From a virus: DNA of 64,000 bases. Of this stretch, positions 9,034-16,723 are shown one piece after another (within the stretch, counting starts at the first letter, position 1; each line of letters opens with the position of its first letter). Position numbers and translations under genes: made by a program. The notes beneath the pieces were generated by a model. The model did not search any database. It saw only the letters and a program-made list of their open reading frames with translations, and was not told where the DNA came from. The DNA lies in IMG/VR virus record IMGVR_UViG_3300023174_000096, positions 1 to 64,000 of that record; one strand, written 5' to 3'.

Positions 9034-9469
9034 AGAGACGACGGACGGACAGCACGGAGGTGCAAGTGTCATGGTGAACTGAAGGCGACAATCCGGCAGG
9101 TGTGCAGTGTGACCGCCGGATCGCCCACAAATGGCTGCAAGGGAGACGACGACAGGCGCTCCCCCCAAGTGAAATACGGACCTGTCACCAACCCGAGACC
9201 CGAAAGGGTCGTCCCTGCGATGGTCACACGCCCGGTTCGACTCCGGGTGGCAGGGCTAGCTCGGTCACGTCGGTCTGGGCGAACGTGACACCCAAGAGCC
9301 CCCCCAGACAAGCCTACCTCGCAACTTCGCACGCGAGGGACGGTGTTGGGATGCTGTGCGAGGCGTGGCCCGCCGTGGCGAAGCGGGGCGACTCACCAAG
9401 CCCGAGAGCCCCCGGAAGAGGTGCCCCCGAGACGGGGGAGGAACACCCCCTCCGGGGGCTCTCGCTTTT
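9034..9469 (+). ncRNA. Candidate large structured ncRNA (T-loop arm, GAAA tetraloop, four potential pseudoknots)
   Basis: Perfect early promoter at 8991 with no ATG at the usual position; dense hairpins; terminator-like hairpin + TTTT at 9404-9469. Confidence 0.65.
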
Positions 9470-9580
9470 CGTGGCCGAGAACTTCGGTGTCAGCACTGGG
9501 CAGGCTGCGGCGTCTCTCGTGCGAATCCCTGTTACAACCCCGCCCACGACTCCGTGGTGGGCATGAAGGAGACGAAGACC

Positions 9581-9940
9581 ATGACGACCCTCACGAACCT
9601 CACCCCGCACGCCCTGACCCTCCGCAACCCCGAGACGGGGGTGGAGACGGTCATCCCCCCCAGCGGGACGGTGGCCCGCTGGGCCACCGTGGATTTCGAG
9701 CGGGTGTTGGAGACGGTGCCCGGGGTGCCCGTCCCCGTGGCCTCGGCCCCGGTCTTCGGAGGGGCCGAGGGGCTCCCCGAGCCCACCCCCGGCACCCTCT
9801 TCATCGTGAGCTCCCTCGTCCTGCAAGCCCTCAAGGGCTCGCGCCCGGACGTTCTCGGACCCGGAACGGGGCCGAACGACAACGCGGTGAGGAACGACAA
9901 GGGGCACGTCGTGGCCGTGACCCGGTTGGTTCGCGGGTGA
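9581..9940 (+). CDS. Conserved phage NLTPH-family hypothetical protein
   Basis: NLTPH..IPPSGTVAR..GLPEP..GTLFIVSSLV..RPDVLGP..VRNDKG; SD aaggag (alternative ATG 9563). Confidence 0.75.
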   Translation: MTTLTNLTPHALTLRNPETGVETVIPPSGTVARWATVDFERVLETVPGVPVPVASAPVFGGAEGLPEPTPGTLFIVSSLVLQALKGSRPDVLGPGTGPNDNAVRNDKGHVVAVTRLVRG

Positions 9941-10102
9941 CGGGGCCGGGGGGGAGGGAGGGTGACCGGGGGGTGGGGGGCAGGAGCCTCGCGCCCTCCG
10001 TTGGTGGTCCTAGAAAGTTCTTGGGACGCCCTCGCGCCGATGGATGTGCCACGTTGCGGTGACTTGGGCGGGGCAGACCCGCCCAAGTCACCCCCCGTCT
10101 CA

Positions 10103-10435
10103 TCAGTGGCGGTAACCACCGGGGCAGTGCCAGCCGTCGTCGCAGTCCTCCTCGGCCTCACGGAGGAGCTCATCACAGTCCTCCGCGAGACGGGCGGTGG
10201 TCGTGCCCAGCAGGGCTGCGATGCGGGCGAGGTCGGTGACGACCACCTCTCCCTCCCCGCAGCAGAGGATGCAGTGCGCCTCGATGATGTCCTCCTGCCC
10301 GCGACGGAGGTAGACGTAGGCCATCGAGCCCGGGAGGTCGCCGTCTCGCTCCACCTCCGTGGTGAAGGTGGCGACGGTGAAGGTGGCGACGGTGACGGGG
10401 GCGACGGTGACGGTGGCCATGACGGTGGTGTTCAT
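10103..10435 (-). CDS. Early protein with Thr/Val-repeat N-terminus
   Basis: ATG 15 nt from minus-strand promoter box. Confidence 0.6.
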   Translation of the reverse strand: MNTTVMATVTVAPVTVATFTVATFTTEVERDGDLPGSMAYVYLRRGQEDIIEAHCILCCGEGEVVVTDLARIAALLGTTTARLAEDCDELLREAEEDCDDGWHCPGGYRH

Positions 10436-10527
10436 ACCCTCACGACGGATACGCCCCCCCACCCGTAACCAAGAATCGACGTGACAATCTTCGGTTACGA
10501 CTGCCACCCCGTCTCCGTGGTGAGGGC

Positions 10528-10821
10528 ATGACCTACCCCGAGTACCAGTCGGTCGAGAGCTTCGCCACCTTCCTCTTGGACGACGACCGCACGTCGTTCA
10601 ATCTGGGCGAGGCCCACATGGTCGCCAAGGCCACGGGGGTGAGCAACCTCACCGTGGTGCGGGAGCTCACCGAGGGCTACGGGTTCACCCTCATCCCCCC
10701 CAGCACGCCCAAGGCGGTCCGTGGCTTCACGGCGAACAGCCACAACCGCTGGGAGGGCAACCCCGGTGCGGGCGGCGGTGGCGGCGACTCCCTCACGGGC
10801 TTCGCGGGCCGGGAGGGCTGA
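10528..10821 (+). CDS. Hypothetical early protein
   Basis: ATG 15 nt after CTCCGT box. Confidence 0.75.
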   Translation: MTYPEYQSVESFATFLLDDDRTSFNLGEAHMVAKATGVSNLTVVRELTEGYGFTLIPPSTPKAVRGFTANSHNRWEGNPGAGGGGGDSLTGFAGREG

Positions 10822-10938
10822 CCGAGGGGTGGCCCGGAGGCACCCCGGCCATCCCCTGCCCCAAGAACTTGAACCCACCCGAGCGTAGGCACGTCGATTC
10901 TCGGTTACGAACCCGGGGGGGACTCCGTGGTGAGGGGC

Positions 10939-11148
10939 ATGACCACGGTCGCGAAAATCCTCAAAGGAGTCGGCAACCCCCACCTCTCCCTCTACAAGGG
11001 GGAAGGGTACTGGTACTTCGCCTTCGACGACGGGGGGTCTCGCCACGAGACCCGGTCGGTCATGGTCCTGCGCCTCTCCCACCTGTCCCTCGACCAGTGG
11101 GTCGCGGAGGGACGAGCCCTCGTCGCCCTCGTGGAAGAGGGGGGCTGA
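10939..11148 (+). CDS. Small early protein
   Basis: LSLYKGEGYWYF; ATG 16 nt after promoter box. Confidence 0.7.
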   Translation: MTTVAKILKGVGNPHLSLYKGEGYWYFAFDDGGSRHETRSVMVLRLSHLSLDQWVAEGRALVALVEEGG

Positions 11149-11286
11149 CAGGGACAGGGGGTGTCACCCACCCCCCGCCCCCACGGGCGTAACAAGAAAT
11201 CGGGGGGCACCCCCCACCCCGACCCGAAGCCGGGGACGGCGGTCGATTCTCGGTTACAGACACCACACTCACTCCGTGGAGAGAGC

Positions 11287-11547
11287 ATGAACACGCTGCA
11301 AATCATCACGCAGGACGGGGGCTTCCTCCCCCTCTACGTCGGCACCATCGCCACGGGCTCCCACAAGGGGGCGAGGCGGGTCACCAAGCAGGTGGCCACC
11401 CTCGCCGCCCACTTCCCCGACGCCCGCATCGAGGTGCTCACCAAGCGCGGGTGGGAGCCCCGCCGAATCGTCAAGATCGGCAAGTCGTACTACACCCGGG
11501 TCGCCCCCGGCCCGGTCCTCTCCCCCAGCTTCTACGGGGAGGTGTGA
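11287..11547 (+). CDS. Small early protein
   Basis: ATG 15 nt after CTCCGT box. Confidence 0.7.
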   Translation: MNTLQIITQDGGFLPLYVGTIATGSHKGARRVTKQVATLAAHFPDARIEVLTKRGWEPRRIVKIGKSYYTRVAPGPVLSPSFYGEV

Positions 11548-11548
11548 C

Positions 11549-11821
11549 ATGGACCCCAACGTGAACGGGGCGAGGCGCGCGGTGGCGTGGGCTTTCCAAG
11601 TCCACGCCCTGCTCGACCACCTCCACCGACGTGACCCGAACAGCACCGGGTTCCACAAGCTCGCCGCTCGGGCGCTCGCCAACCGGGCGTGGGACGCCTT
11701 CGTGGAGATGGAGGCCAACCCCGAAGACCTCGCCCTCGACGATGACCTCGATGAAGCCCTCACCGGGGTCGAGAGGGTCTTCAACGCCTACGTCGGGCAG
11801 CGTGACGACCATGCTCAGTAG
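11549..11821 (+). CDS. Hypothetical protein
   Basis: SD ggaggt, abuts previous stop. Confidence 0.65.
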   Translation: MDPNVNGARRAVAWAFQVHALLDHLHRRDPNSTGFHKLAARALANRAWDAFVEMEANPEDLALDDDLDEALTGVERVFNAYVGQRDDHAQ

Positions 11822-12002
11822 CCCGGTCGCCGTCCGTGGCGGGGGCTACCAGAACGACCTCCGAACCTCCCCAAGGAGGGCACACAAGCTGGCCACCAGC
11901 GTGGTGGTGACGCTGGGGTTCCGTACCCGCCTGACGTGCAGGTGCCCCCGGTCATGCCCACCGAGAACCTTGGGCTTCGCGGCGGGGCGTGCGTCGAGGT
12001 GA
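11811..12002 (+). CDS. Diverged CLec variable-region (VR) mini-protein
   Basis: AVRGGGY...TLGFRTRL motif. Confidence 0.5.
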   Translation: MLSSPVAVRGGGYQNDLRTSPRRAHKLATSVVVTLGFRTRLTCRCPRSCPPRTLGFAAGRASR

Positions 12003-12109
12003 AAGCCGTATGGTTGTCCACCCATAACGCCCTGTCCTCGCGGTCAGACCGATGCGCTCAAATCTACGGCTTCCGAACCCACCTGCCAGTAAGGCAACCC
12101 CGAACGTGA
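11954..12109 (+). CDS. Diverged CLec VR mini-protein (51 aa)
   Basis: MPTENLGLRGGAC...IYGFRTHLPVRQPRT; stop overlaps next GTG. Confidence 0.55.
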   Translation: MPTENLGLRGGACVEVKAVWLSTHNALSSRSDRCAQIYGFRTHLPVRQPRT

Positions 12110-12276
12110 AGCCCACCACCAAGCCCTCCGACCTCCGCGTGTACCGCGGCGGCAGTTGGTACGGCCACGCACCGTCGTGGGTGCGCGCCGCGTCTCGCGA
12201 CACGCTCGGGCCTGCGGACCGTTACAGCAACATCGGGTTTCGGTGCGCCCTTCGGGGAAGGGAACCCCGAACGTGA
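12106..12276 (+). CDS. CLec/FGE VR mini-protein, family 1 (56 aa)
   Basis: LRVYRGGSWYGHAPSWVRAASRDTLGPADRYSNIGFRCAL. Confidence 0.8.
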   Translation: MKPTTKPSDLRVYRGGSWYGHAPSWVRAASRDTLGPADRYSNIGFRCALRGREPRT

Positions 12277-12536
12277 ACCCCACGGACAAGGCTATGTCCT
12301 CCCCGCTAGCGGTCGCGGTCGCCCAATTCGTCTACCACCTGCTGTGGTACTTGAATGTCCGCTCCACCGCAGTAGGACACTTCCGCTTCGCGCTGATCAC
12401 GGACGTACTGAGTACGGCGCTGTACGTCTCAATCATCAAACGCCTTGTCGAAGACGGGCGGCGCTCCCAATGGATCGGGCTGATGGTGGGCGGGTCCCTA
12501 GGGTCGTGGGTAGGGCTTCACCTGCCGCTGCTATAA
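12273..12536 (+). CDS. Small membrane protein
   Basis: Several hydrophobic segments; GTGA coupling. Confidence 0.6.
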   Translation: MNPTDKAMSSPLAVAVAQFVYHLLWYLNVRSTAVGHFRFALITDVLSTALYVSIIKRLVEDGRRSQWIGLMVGGSLGSWVGLHLPLL

Positions 12537-12563
12537 ACCCCGCATCCTAGGTAGGATGCCCCG

Positions 12564-12878
12564 ATGACCAGCAGCCGCATCGCGCGAGTTCTTACCGTAG
12601 GGGCCACCCTCGGTGCCGCCTACCGACTGCACGAAGAACCCCACAGCCCCGGAAAATTCTGGCACCTCGTCACCTGTGCCCTCGCCGCCATCTCCACCCA
12701 CCACCGGGGCGAACCCCCCCGGCTCAATCCCCACGAAACCGCCGCCTCCTACCTCGCCGTCCCAACGGCACTCCTCGCCTACCGCTACGAAACCACCGCC
12801 ACCAACGCAATCTGGATCGCCGCCGTACTCGCGTGGGCCGTCTGCGCTTACGTCAGCAACCGAAACGAAGATTCGTAG
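12564..12878 (+). CDS. Small membrane protein
   Basis: Hydrophobic segments. Confidence 0.55.
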   Translation: MTSSRIARVLTVGATLGAAYRLHEEPHSPGKFWHLVTCALAAISTHHRGEPPRLNPHETAASYLAVPTALLAYRYETTATNAIWIAAVLAWAVCAYVSNRNEDS

Positions 12879-12963
12879 CGCCGGGGGAACCCCCGCCCCC
12901 CCACGGGTGAGGTTTTGCCCCTAGCGGGATACCGCCTCCGACGACCCCGCCCCCCTCCCGACG

Positions 12964-13494
12964 CTACGTTCCTTCGATCAGCGCCCCGCGCACCTCGGCC
13001 AGCACCCGCTGACCCCACTCTTCCCGTGCCCCCACCGCCAGCAGGGCCTCCTTCCGGCTCTGCCCAGCGTACAGGCCCGACAGGAACGCCTCCACACGGT
13101 CCCGCTCCTCCCCCTCCCCGTACAGACCCACCAACAGGTCGCGGAGCTCCGTGTACCCCTCCCCCGTAGAGCTCAGTCCCACGGGGAGCTCGCCGTCGTC
13201 CGTCACCCCCTCGCGACTGTCCCTCAACCGTTCGCGACGGAGGTAGTTGGCCAGCACGCACCGGATCACGATGTGGACGTAGTGCCCGAAGGAGGATTTC
13301 TTGTGGTCCCAAGGGCACGAGCCACGGTTGCGAGCGAGAAGCCCACGGTAGATCTCTTGGAGGAACTCCTCGGGGTCGATGCCCTCCCGCACCAGCACCC
13401 CCGTGAAACCTCCCGCGTAGAACAACTTCCTCACCTCGTGGCCCCGCACCCCAAGGTCGATCCCCAGTGCCGTGCCCCCCACCCCACCGTTCAT
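12964..13494 (-). CDS. Putative phage sigma-70/ECF-like factor (region 2-like); start uncertain
   Basis: DPEEFLQEIYRGLL...WDHKKSSFGHYVHIVIRCVLANYLRRER resembles sigma region 2.2-2.4; C-terminal helix-turn-helix-like segment. Confidence 0.6.
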   Translation of the reverse strand: MNGGVGGTALGIDLGVRGHEVRKLFYAGGFTGVLVREGIDPEEFLQEIYRGLLARNRGSCPWDHKKSSFGHYVHIVIRCVLANYLRRERLRDSREGVTDDGELPVGLSSTGEGYTELRDLLVGLYGEGEERDRVEAFLSGLYAGQSRKEALLAVGAREEWGQRVLAEVRGALIEGT

Positions 13495-14078
13495 CCGCCG
13501 GGAGAGAGACCCCAGCAACACCCGCAGCGGGAGAGACGGGTTCCCCGGGAGAACCTTGGGAGCAGGTGCCCGACGAGAAAAAGTCCTCCGTCGCGGGGTA
13601 GTGTCAACCGACCAGTGGTCCCAAACAAACGCCAGCGTCATCACAGCCTCCGATTTTGGTTGCGTCCCAAACTTCCAACTTCGACACGGGTTCAGTCCCT
13701 TGGGGCATCAGGTCACCGCCAGACCCGTCCCCATCTCGCCCTTCGGGCGCTGGGAGGGGTGGGGCAACGACGAGATAGAGATGACGGTGATGGTCACGGT
13801 GCTCACCGACACACCCGGTGTCGGACACTCACCCGTGCGCCTCTCCCTCCCTGTGTCCCCTTCTAACAACCCCCTGTTTTCTCGGGATAACCCATTTACC
13901 GGGGTTTTGTTAGCCGTAATGGGGGGTGTCTGTCAACTTCCAAGGGCGTGTAACGGGGGTGGCGGGTGGTCCCAAGGTGAGGGCGGGGCAGGCCCAAGTT
14001 TCCCAAGCTCACGCCTCGGACCGTCCCCAAGTGACTGAGACGGCACCCCATGACACTATGGGTAGTGTAGTAAACGGT

Positions 14079-14294
14079 ATGCCGACCTACACCTACCAAT
14101 GTTCCAAGTGTTCCTCCCAGTACGAGCGGGTGCAGCGGATCAGTGACCCACCCGACGTGGTGTGTCCTGTCCCTGTGGGCGATCCGGGAGGTAGTGGAGA
14201 CGATCAGTGTGGCGGGGCGGTACGGAGGGTGATCGCGCCCGGTGGGGGAGGTTTCATCCTCAAGGGCGGGGGCTGGTACCGGGACGGGTACTGA
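14079..14294 (+). CDS. FmdB-family zinc-ribbon protein
   Basis: MPTYTYQCSKC...CP...CGG.VRRVI...FILKGGGWYRDGY. Confidence 0.85.
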   Translation: MPTYTYQCSKCSSQYERVQRISDPPDVVCPVPVGDPGGSGDDQCGGAVRRVIAPGGGGFILKGGGWYRDGY

Positions 14295-14306
14295 GGCGGG
14301 GTGGTG

Positions 14307-14498
14307 TCACTTCTTGGCGGGCGGGACGGTGGTGAAGTCACTGGCCGTGAAGTGTGACAGAGGTGACGGTGGCGGTGGTTCTTTCTTGTTGATGAAGCAC
14401 ACGGAGCACATGGTGGCTCGGGAGTGCAGGGCGAGTCGTCCGCACCGTTCGCACCGGGGATATTCCTCGGGTTCGTAGGCTGGGGGTCGTGTTGTCAT
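14307..14498 (-). CDS. Small Zn-finger protein
   Basis: CERC...CSVC; ATGA overlap with ATP-grasp gene. Confidence 0.55.
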   Translation of the reverse strand: MTTRPPAYEPEEYPRCERCGRLALHSRATMCSVCFINKKEPPPPSPLSHFTASDFTTVPPAKK

Positions 14499-15235
14499 CG
14501 GAAGGTCTTGTGTTCTGCGTAGTGGGCGTAGCTCTTCCACGCTGCGATAAGTAGCGCACCGGGGTTGGTGACCATGTCGAAGCGTCCTGCGGTGAGCACG
14601 CTGTTGACTTCGACGACGGCGGGGTGCCCTTTGTGGCACCATCCCACGTCGAGGACGTAGGCTCCGGGGGCTTCGGCCTTCCACGCCCGGTACGCTTTCT
14701 CGGCGTAGGCACGGAGTTCTGGGTTGTGGTCGGGGTCTTTACGGACGCCCCGGGGTCCGATGAAGAACCGTTCCTCGCGGCTGAAGTGCAGGTACTCTTG
14801 GGCGAGGACCGGGTAGTCGTCTGGGAACAGGCAGACGCTAGTGGCGGCGTACAGGAAACTCCTCGCGTGGAACGCCTTGGCTTCGTTGAGGGGCTTCACG
14901 AAGATTTTCTGTGTGCTACGGGGGTGTGAGCGTTCCCGTACCCGCAGTACGCCCAGCGTGGTTTTCCACACCCTTCGGTGGGCGAGGGGTTTGAGGGCCG
15001 TGGGGATGTCCACGTTGGGGTAGGGGGTCTTGAAGGTCCATTCGTAGATGGCCTTCACGGCTCCCGCGTCTCCTTTCACGGGGGTGTCGGGGGTGACGGT
15101 GCGGGGGAGTTTGTTACGGGCGAAGGGGATCACCCGGTAGCCTCGGCGGGTGAGGTCTGCTGCTACGAGGGCGCACGAGTTTGAGAGGTAGCCTTTCGTC
15201 GCGGTGCCCGCTTGTATGTACGCGGTGGGTGTCAT
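14495..15235 (-). CDS. ATP-grasp protein, R2K/DUF4343-like
   Basis: IFVKP..K.F, LAQEYL.F.REERFFI, AYVLDVG..VVEVN. Confidence 0.75.
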   Translation of the reverse strand: MTPTAYIQAGTATKGYLSNSCALVAADLTRRGYRVIPFARNKLPRTVTPDTPVKGDAGAVKAIYEWTFKTPYPNVDIPTALKPLAHRRVWKTTLGVLRVRERSHPRSTQKIFVKPLNEAKAFHARSFLYAATSVCLFPDDYPVLAQEYLHFSREERFFIGPRGVRKDPDHNPELRAYAEKAYRAWKAEAPGAYVLDVGWCHKGHPAVVEVNSVLTAGRFDMVTNPGALLIAAWKSYAHYAEHKTFR

Positions 15236-15333
15236 GGCGGGGTGTTACGCCCCGAAGGCCAGTACTTCGTATGTTTGGCGGGCTTGGGTGCCGGGGGCGG
15301 GCGTGCGCGGTAGGGGTTGCCCGTGGCGCGCTG

Positions 15334-15759
15334 TCAGTTGAGCAGGGAGGAGGGGTCGTTCTTGGGGAGGCTGCTGGCGGCGCGGATGAGGGCGTCCATG
15401 TCTGCCTCGGGTGCGTCGGGGGTGTCGTCCTCGTTGATCTCGTAGCCGTCTTCGTCTCGGCCCCACAGGGCGTAGGGGGACTCGTTGGCGTTGAGGAGGA
15501 ACAGGGCCGAGAGCTCCCCATCGGGTTCTTCCACCACGGCGACGGTGAACAGCGGGTGGCGGTGGACGGCGCGGACCTCCTCGGGCATCGAGCATTGGGA
15601 GAGCACCAGTCGCTTGCGGTCTGGGAGGTGGCACCAGCAGTCCCGGCTGACGTAGATGCGCTCTGGGAGGGTGGGGGCGAGTTTCCGGGCGAGGGTGATG
15701 AGGCGTTGCGCCCCGGTGAAGGCGAGGGCTGCGAGGAGGGTGCGAGTGTTGATCTTCAT
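15334..15759 (-). CDS. Hypothetical protein
   Basis: GGGCGTAA motif 9 nt upstream of ATG. Confidence 0.65.
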   Translation of the reverse strand: MKINTRTLLAALAFTGAQRLITLARKLAPTLPERIYVSRDCWCHLPDRKRLVLSQCSMPEEVRAVHRHPLFTVAVVEEPDGELSALFLLNANESPYALWGRDEDGYEINEDDTPDAPEADMDALIRAASSLPKNDPSSLLN

Positions 15760-15787
15760 GGGGGGTTGTTACGCCCGTGGCGGGGGG

Positions 15788-16711
15788 TCAGAAACCGAAC
15801 AGGTCGTCGAGGGAGGTGACGGTGTTGGGTTGGACGCAGTGGGGTGACAACCACAGACGCTCGCGGGATTTGTTCTCGTTGTCCCCGCGTCGGTTGTGCC
15901 CGCCGTGCCCTTCCCATGACACTTCCCGCCAGCCTTCGGGCATTGGGCGGTCGTCGTACCCGGCCAGCACGATGCGGACGGTGGGTGTGGCGTTGGCGAC
16001 GGCCCACTCGACCACCTTGTCGAACACGTCGGGGTCGTCGTCCTCCCCGTAGCACTTGCCGTCTCTCCCTTCGTGCGTGTAGGGGGGGTCGAGGAAGATG
16101 CCCGTGGGCAGTTTCCCGTGGAAGTTGTTGACGACGGAGTGTGATAGCGCCCGTGTGTAGTCCCCGCAGAGCACCCGCACCCGTCGCAGTCGGGCTTGGA
16201 GGTCTCGCATGTGTTGGTGGACATCCCGCGTCATCGCGTGGACGCCCTTGCCGTGTAGCCCTCCCGCACACATGGGCTTGCATCGTCGGGGAATGTCCAC
16301 GCACCACGCGCCCGTGAAGAAAGAGCTCATGCCCCACACCCACCACCCGGCGATCTTGGGGTCGCACCAATCGGGGTCTGCTTCCAGTTGGGCTCGGAGT
16401 TGGTCCCGGCGTTCCCACAGCCATCGGTGTCGGGCGTGGAGGTCGTTTTCCAGCACCGGGTGGTCCGCGTGGCGTGCGACGGCGTCCGGGTCTTGGGACA
16501 CGGCCCGCCAGAAGTTCGCGACGTACCCGTTGGCGTCGTTGATCGTCTCGGTCCCCTTGAACGGTGCGGGGCGAGCCAGCAGCACGGCGGCGCTGCCCGC
16601 GAACGGCTCGACGTAGTTGGTGACGTTGCCGAGGGCTTCCCACACGGTGTCGGCCACCATTGACTTGCCTCCCATGTAGGGGAACGGGGCTTTGAGGTCG
16701 GAGGTGCTCAT
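15788..16711 (-). CDS. DNA adenine methyltransferase (Dam/D12 class)
   Basis: PFPYMGGKS, YVEPFAGSAAV, FLDPPY. Confidence 0.9.
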   Translation of the reverse strand: MSTSDLKAPFPYMGGKSMVADTVWEALGNVTNYVEPFAGSAAVLLARPAPFKGTETINDANGYVANFWRAVSQDPDAVARHADHPVLENDLHARHRWLWERRDQLRAQLEADPDWCDPKIAGWWVWGMSSFFTGAWCVDIPRRCKPMCAGGLHGKGVHAMTRDVHQHMRDLQARLRRVRVLCGDYTRALSHSVVNNFHGKLPTGIFLDPPYTHEGRDGKCYGEDDDPDVFDKVVEWAVANATPTVRIVLAGYDDRPMPEGWREVSWEGHGGHNRRGDNENKSRERLWLSPHCVQPNTVTSLDDLFGF

Positions 16712-16723
16712 GGCGGTGGGGGG

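Larger units (their letters stand above)
1084..11280. promoter_or_regulatory. Family of 17 early-type promoter motifs CGATTCTTGGTTAC-N14-CTCCGTGG
   Basis: + copies near 1303, 2608, 4333, 4843, 5856, 6229, 6681, 6949, 8991, 9522, 10485, 10895, 11244; - copies at 1084-1117, 4791-4824, 8939-8972, 10445-10478; 14-nt spacer in all. Confidence 0.85.

Noticed and set aside
9034-9469. Bona fide tmRNA (ssrA), or a two-piece tmRNA together with the 3730-3838 element
   Set aside because: No terminal acceptor stem with G3-U70/CCA, the T-arm is internal, the putative tag (ARETTTGAPPK) lacks an AA-type end, and complementarity between the two RNAs is only ~6 nt
4333-11280. Integron attC/cassette array or CRISPR for the repeated early motif
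   Set aside because: Motif is bipartite with fixed spacing, oriented toward start codons and non-palindromic, and no integrase is present; a promoter fits better
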